A stretch of DNA of 61,278 bases, the filler included, from an uncultured bacterium (lineage in GTDB: Bacteria; CAYJOG01), in assembly GCA_964371695.1 (NCBI GenBank). It is 9 parts of 9 records of this genome, joined end to end, with 100 filler letters (N's around TTAATTAATTAA, not from the genome) between each part and the next. Parts side by side here need not be neighbours in the genome. Positions count along the whole stretch, not along the records: positions 54,607 to 61,278 come from CAYJOG010000169.1; 8 more parts are not named here. The stretch is one strand, 5' to 3'. The position numbers were made by a program, and so were the translations under genes. Under the pieces are notes generated by a model that saw only the letters and a list, made by a program, of their open reading frames with translations, had not been told where the DNA came from and ran no database searches. Each line of letters begins with the position of its first letter. Position 1 is the stretch's first letter. This document shows, piece by piece, positions 59,195 through 61,278 of the stretch.

Positions 59195-61159
59195 CTACAC
59201 CGCCGCCGGTTTGGGCAGGCGCACCACAAACTTCGCGCCGCCGCCGGGGACGTCTTCATACCAGATGCTGCCGCCGTGGGCCTGCACCAACTGGCGCACC
59301 AGATACAACCCCAGGCCCGTGCCGGTGGCCGTGGCCGCACCTTCCTGCGAGCCGCGAAAAAACCGCTGGAACAGGCTGGGCACGTCCTGTGACGGCACGC
59401 CGGGGCCGTTGTCCTGCACCCACAGCAGCACGCCGTCTTCTTCGTCGCGCAGTCCCAGCACCACCATGCTGCCGGGCGGCGAATATTTCGCCGCGTTGCC
59501 TAGCAGGTTGGTGAGGATATGGTCGAGCTTCATGTCGTCCACCTTCACGGTGACGGGGTTGGCCCCCGTGTCCAGCACATAACGGCGGCTGGCGTCGCGC
59601 TCGGCTTGCAGGCGCAGCAGCTTTTCCAGAAAGGGCCACAGTTCGAGGCGCACATAACTCACCCGCATGGCCGCGCCCGATTCAATGCGCGCCACGTCCA
59701 GCATGTTTTCTATCAGCCGCTTCAGGCGCTCGGCTTCTTCCAGAATGATGCGGTAAAACTCCCGACGTTTCTCTGTGCTGAACTTGCCCCCCTTGGGCCC
59801 CAGCAGGGTTTGCACAAAACCCTGAATCGAGGTGAGCGGGGTGCGCAGTTCGTGGCTGGCGGCGCTCACAAAATCACTTTTCATGCGGTCCAGCTCCTTG
59901 AGTGAGGCCAGCTCTTTGAGCGAGCTTAAATCCTGCACCACCACCAGACTGTCACCCCCGCCCCCCATGGCCCGCACGGTGAGTTTCAGCGAACGGTCCT
60001 TGAACACAAATTCCGTGGCCGCTTCGTCCACGTTCTGGTCAAACAGGCGGTCCATTTCGCGGGCAAAGGATTCGGGCAGGCAGCGGTGATAGTTCACGTC
60101 CTCGGCCAGTTCGCAGTGACACAGCATGGCCATGGTTTCGTTGAACATACGCACGGTGCCCGACCCACTCACCACCACCAGCCCCACGGGCACGCCGCTG
60201 AGCACCTGCTGCAGGCGAAAGTTCGCCTCGTGCAGATGCCGCCCTTCGCGTTCCAGCGCCTGGGTGTGGCTGGCGGTGAGCAGGGCCTGGCTCACCTGGC
60301 TGGCCACCAGATTCAACAACACCTGACGATCGGCGCTCAGGGTTTCGTGGGGTTCAAAGGGCGCCTCCAGCACGCCGCGCCAGTGTTCGCCCACCAGCAG
60401 CGGGCCAAAAAACACCGAGCCGTGCTCGCCCCCCAGGGGGTGATCCATGAGCGCGCCATAAACCAGCGGATGGGTCACCGCGCCCGAGGCAGTCAGTTGA
60501 TCATAAAGCGCTGGATGGGGCGTGGCCCCCATGGGGCGGAACATGCGCGCCTCGCCGGGGGGGCCGATGCGCGCCACAATGCCCCGCAGGTTCAAGAGCC
60601 GCGCCAAGTGATCCACCGCCGCCTGAAGGATTTCGCTCTCTTCGCGCAACTGCCCCAGGCGGCGCACCATTTCATAAAAAATGCCGAGGTGAGTGCTGGC
60701 CTCGCGGGCCTTGTGCTGGGCGCGGGTGAGGTTGAGGTGATCGTGCCAGTGGCCCGCCAGCAAAAAAAGATCCTGCCGGGCGCGGGACTCTGACGAAAGC
60801 CAGGTCAGCCCCTCGCCCCGCAGCACCAGAAAACCCGCCAGCCCCGTGCCGGGCTGCGACAGGCGGAAAACCGTTTCGTCGCGGCCTTCGGGCAGGGGCA
60901 GCACCGGGTCGGGTGCGCTCAAAAAAAACGGCAGCGAGGCCGCCACCAGATTGCCGATGAAATCGGTGTCGCCCGGTGGCAGGCGCGGATGAAACGTGAG
61001 CTTCTGCCGCTCCTCCGCCCCGGCGTCCCAGAACCCGACGGCCTTCAGGCCGGGGGCGATTTTTCTCAGCGCCTCAAACAGGCATTGCAGGCACAACGGG
61101 TCGCGGGTGTCGCTGCGCAGGCGTTGAACAAAATCCAGTGTGCCGGGAGAGGGAGACAT
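59195..61159 (-). CDS. GAF/PAS sensor histidine kinase
   Basis: SHELRTPLTSI, NLLGNAAKYS, DNGPG, FQRFFR, GTGLGL; upstream GAF- and PAS-like segments. Start taken at ATG 61159. Confidence 0.9.
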   Translation of the reverse strand: MSPSPGTLDFVQRLRSDTRDPLCLQCLFEALRKIAPGLKAVGFWDAGAEERQKLTFHPRLPPGDTDFIGNLVAASLPFFLSAPDPVLPLPEGRDETVFRLSQPGTGLAGFLVLRGEGLTWLSSESRARQDLFLLAGHWHDHLNLTRAQHKAREASTHLGIFYEMVRRLGQLREESEILQAAVDHLARLLNLRGIVARIGPPGEARMFRPMGATPHPALYDQLTASGAVTHPLVYGALMDHPLGGEHGSVFFGPLLVGEHWRGVLEAPFEPHETLSADRQVLLNLVASQVSQALLTASHTQALEREGRHLHEANFRLQQVLSGVPVGLVVVSGSGTVRMFNETMAMLCHCELAEDVNYHRCLPESFAREMDRLFDQNVDEAATEFVFKDRSLKLTVRAMGGGGDSLVVVQDLSSLKELASLKELDRMKSDFVSAASHELRTPLTSIQGFVQTLLGPKGGKFSTEKRREFYRIILEEAERLKRLIENMLDVARIESGAAMRVSYVRLELWPFLEKLLRLQAERDASRRYVLDTGANPVTVKVDDMKLDHILTNLLGNAAKYSPPGSMVVLGLRDEEDGVLLWVQDNGPGVPSQDVPSLFQRFFRGSQEGAATATGTGLGLYLVRQLVQAHGGSIWYEDVPGGGAKFVVRLPKPAAV

Positions 61160-61229
61160 GACGGGCCGCCGTGGGGCGAGGGACCATGATAGTGGGCATT
61201 CATTCCGCCCATTTATGTCGGTTTTATTT

Positions 61230-61278
61230 GTAGCCCCGGCGTCCCGCCGGGAGCAAAAAAACGCCGAAGGCGTCACAA
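61230..61278. repeat. REPIN-like element, partial copy at window/contig end
   Basis: Identical to 1028-1076. Confidence 0.9.

Overview
This window is not one locus. It is nine short contigs (6795, 6760, 6759, 6725, 6701, 6701, 6687, 6678 and 6672 bp, i.e. sorted by length) of a draft or metagenome-assembled genome, joined by artificial 100-bp N44-TTAATTAATTAA-N44 spacers, with three further 10-N scaffold gaps. Gene neighbourhoods are therefore only meaningful within a contig. The organism is GC-rich and diderm (TonB-dependent receptor) but has Terrabacteria-style housekeeping genes (short gyrB, carD, cdaR/ybbR, dnaG-rpoD). Most genes are housekeeping, signalling or lipid metabolism: gyrB, rpoD, dnaG, rseP, kdpDE, carD, rnd, pstB, corA, hpt, lpdA, queA, acyl-CoA dehydrogenase, acyltransferase, hydrolases, an AarF/UbiB kinase. 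I saw no rRNA, tRNA, CRISPR array or transposase. The best leads are: (1) a divergent bacterial homolog of the tetraether-lipid synthase (Tes/GDGT-MAS, MJ0619 family) radical SAM enzyme with an altered C-terminal cluster motif; (2) an AT-rich two-gene cassette (PIN nuclease plus unknown partner, own promoter) splitting a wbpB-wbpD sugar operon; (3) a phasin/HBHA-like lysine-tailed protein with a near-consensus promoter and palindromic operator next to a ribbon-helix-helix/Zn-ribbon regulator; (4) a nested family of GTAG-type REP/REPIN and MITE repeats with compensatory stem changes; (5) pervasive leaderless-type promoters; (6) two in-frame TAA codons at Glu-expected positions and several degenerate pseudo-enzymes. 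All protein calls come from motif recognition by eye, not from database searches.
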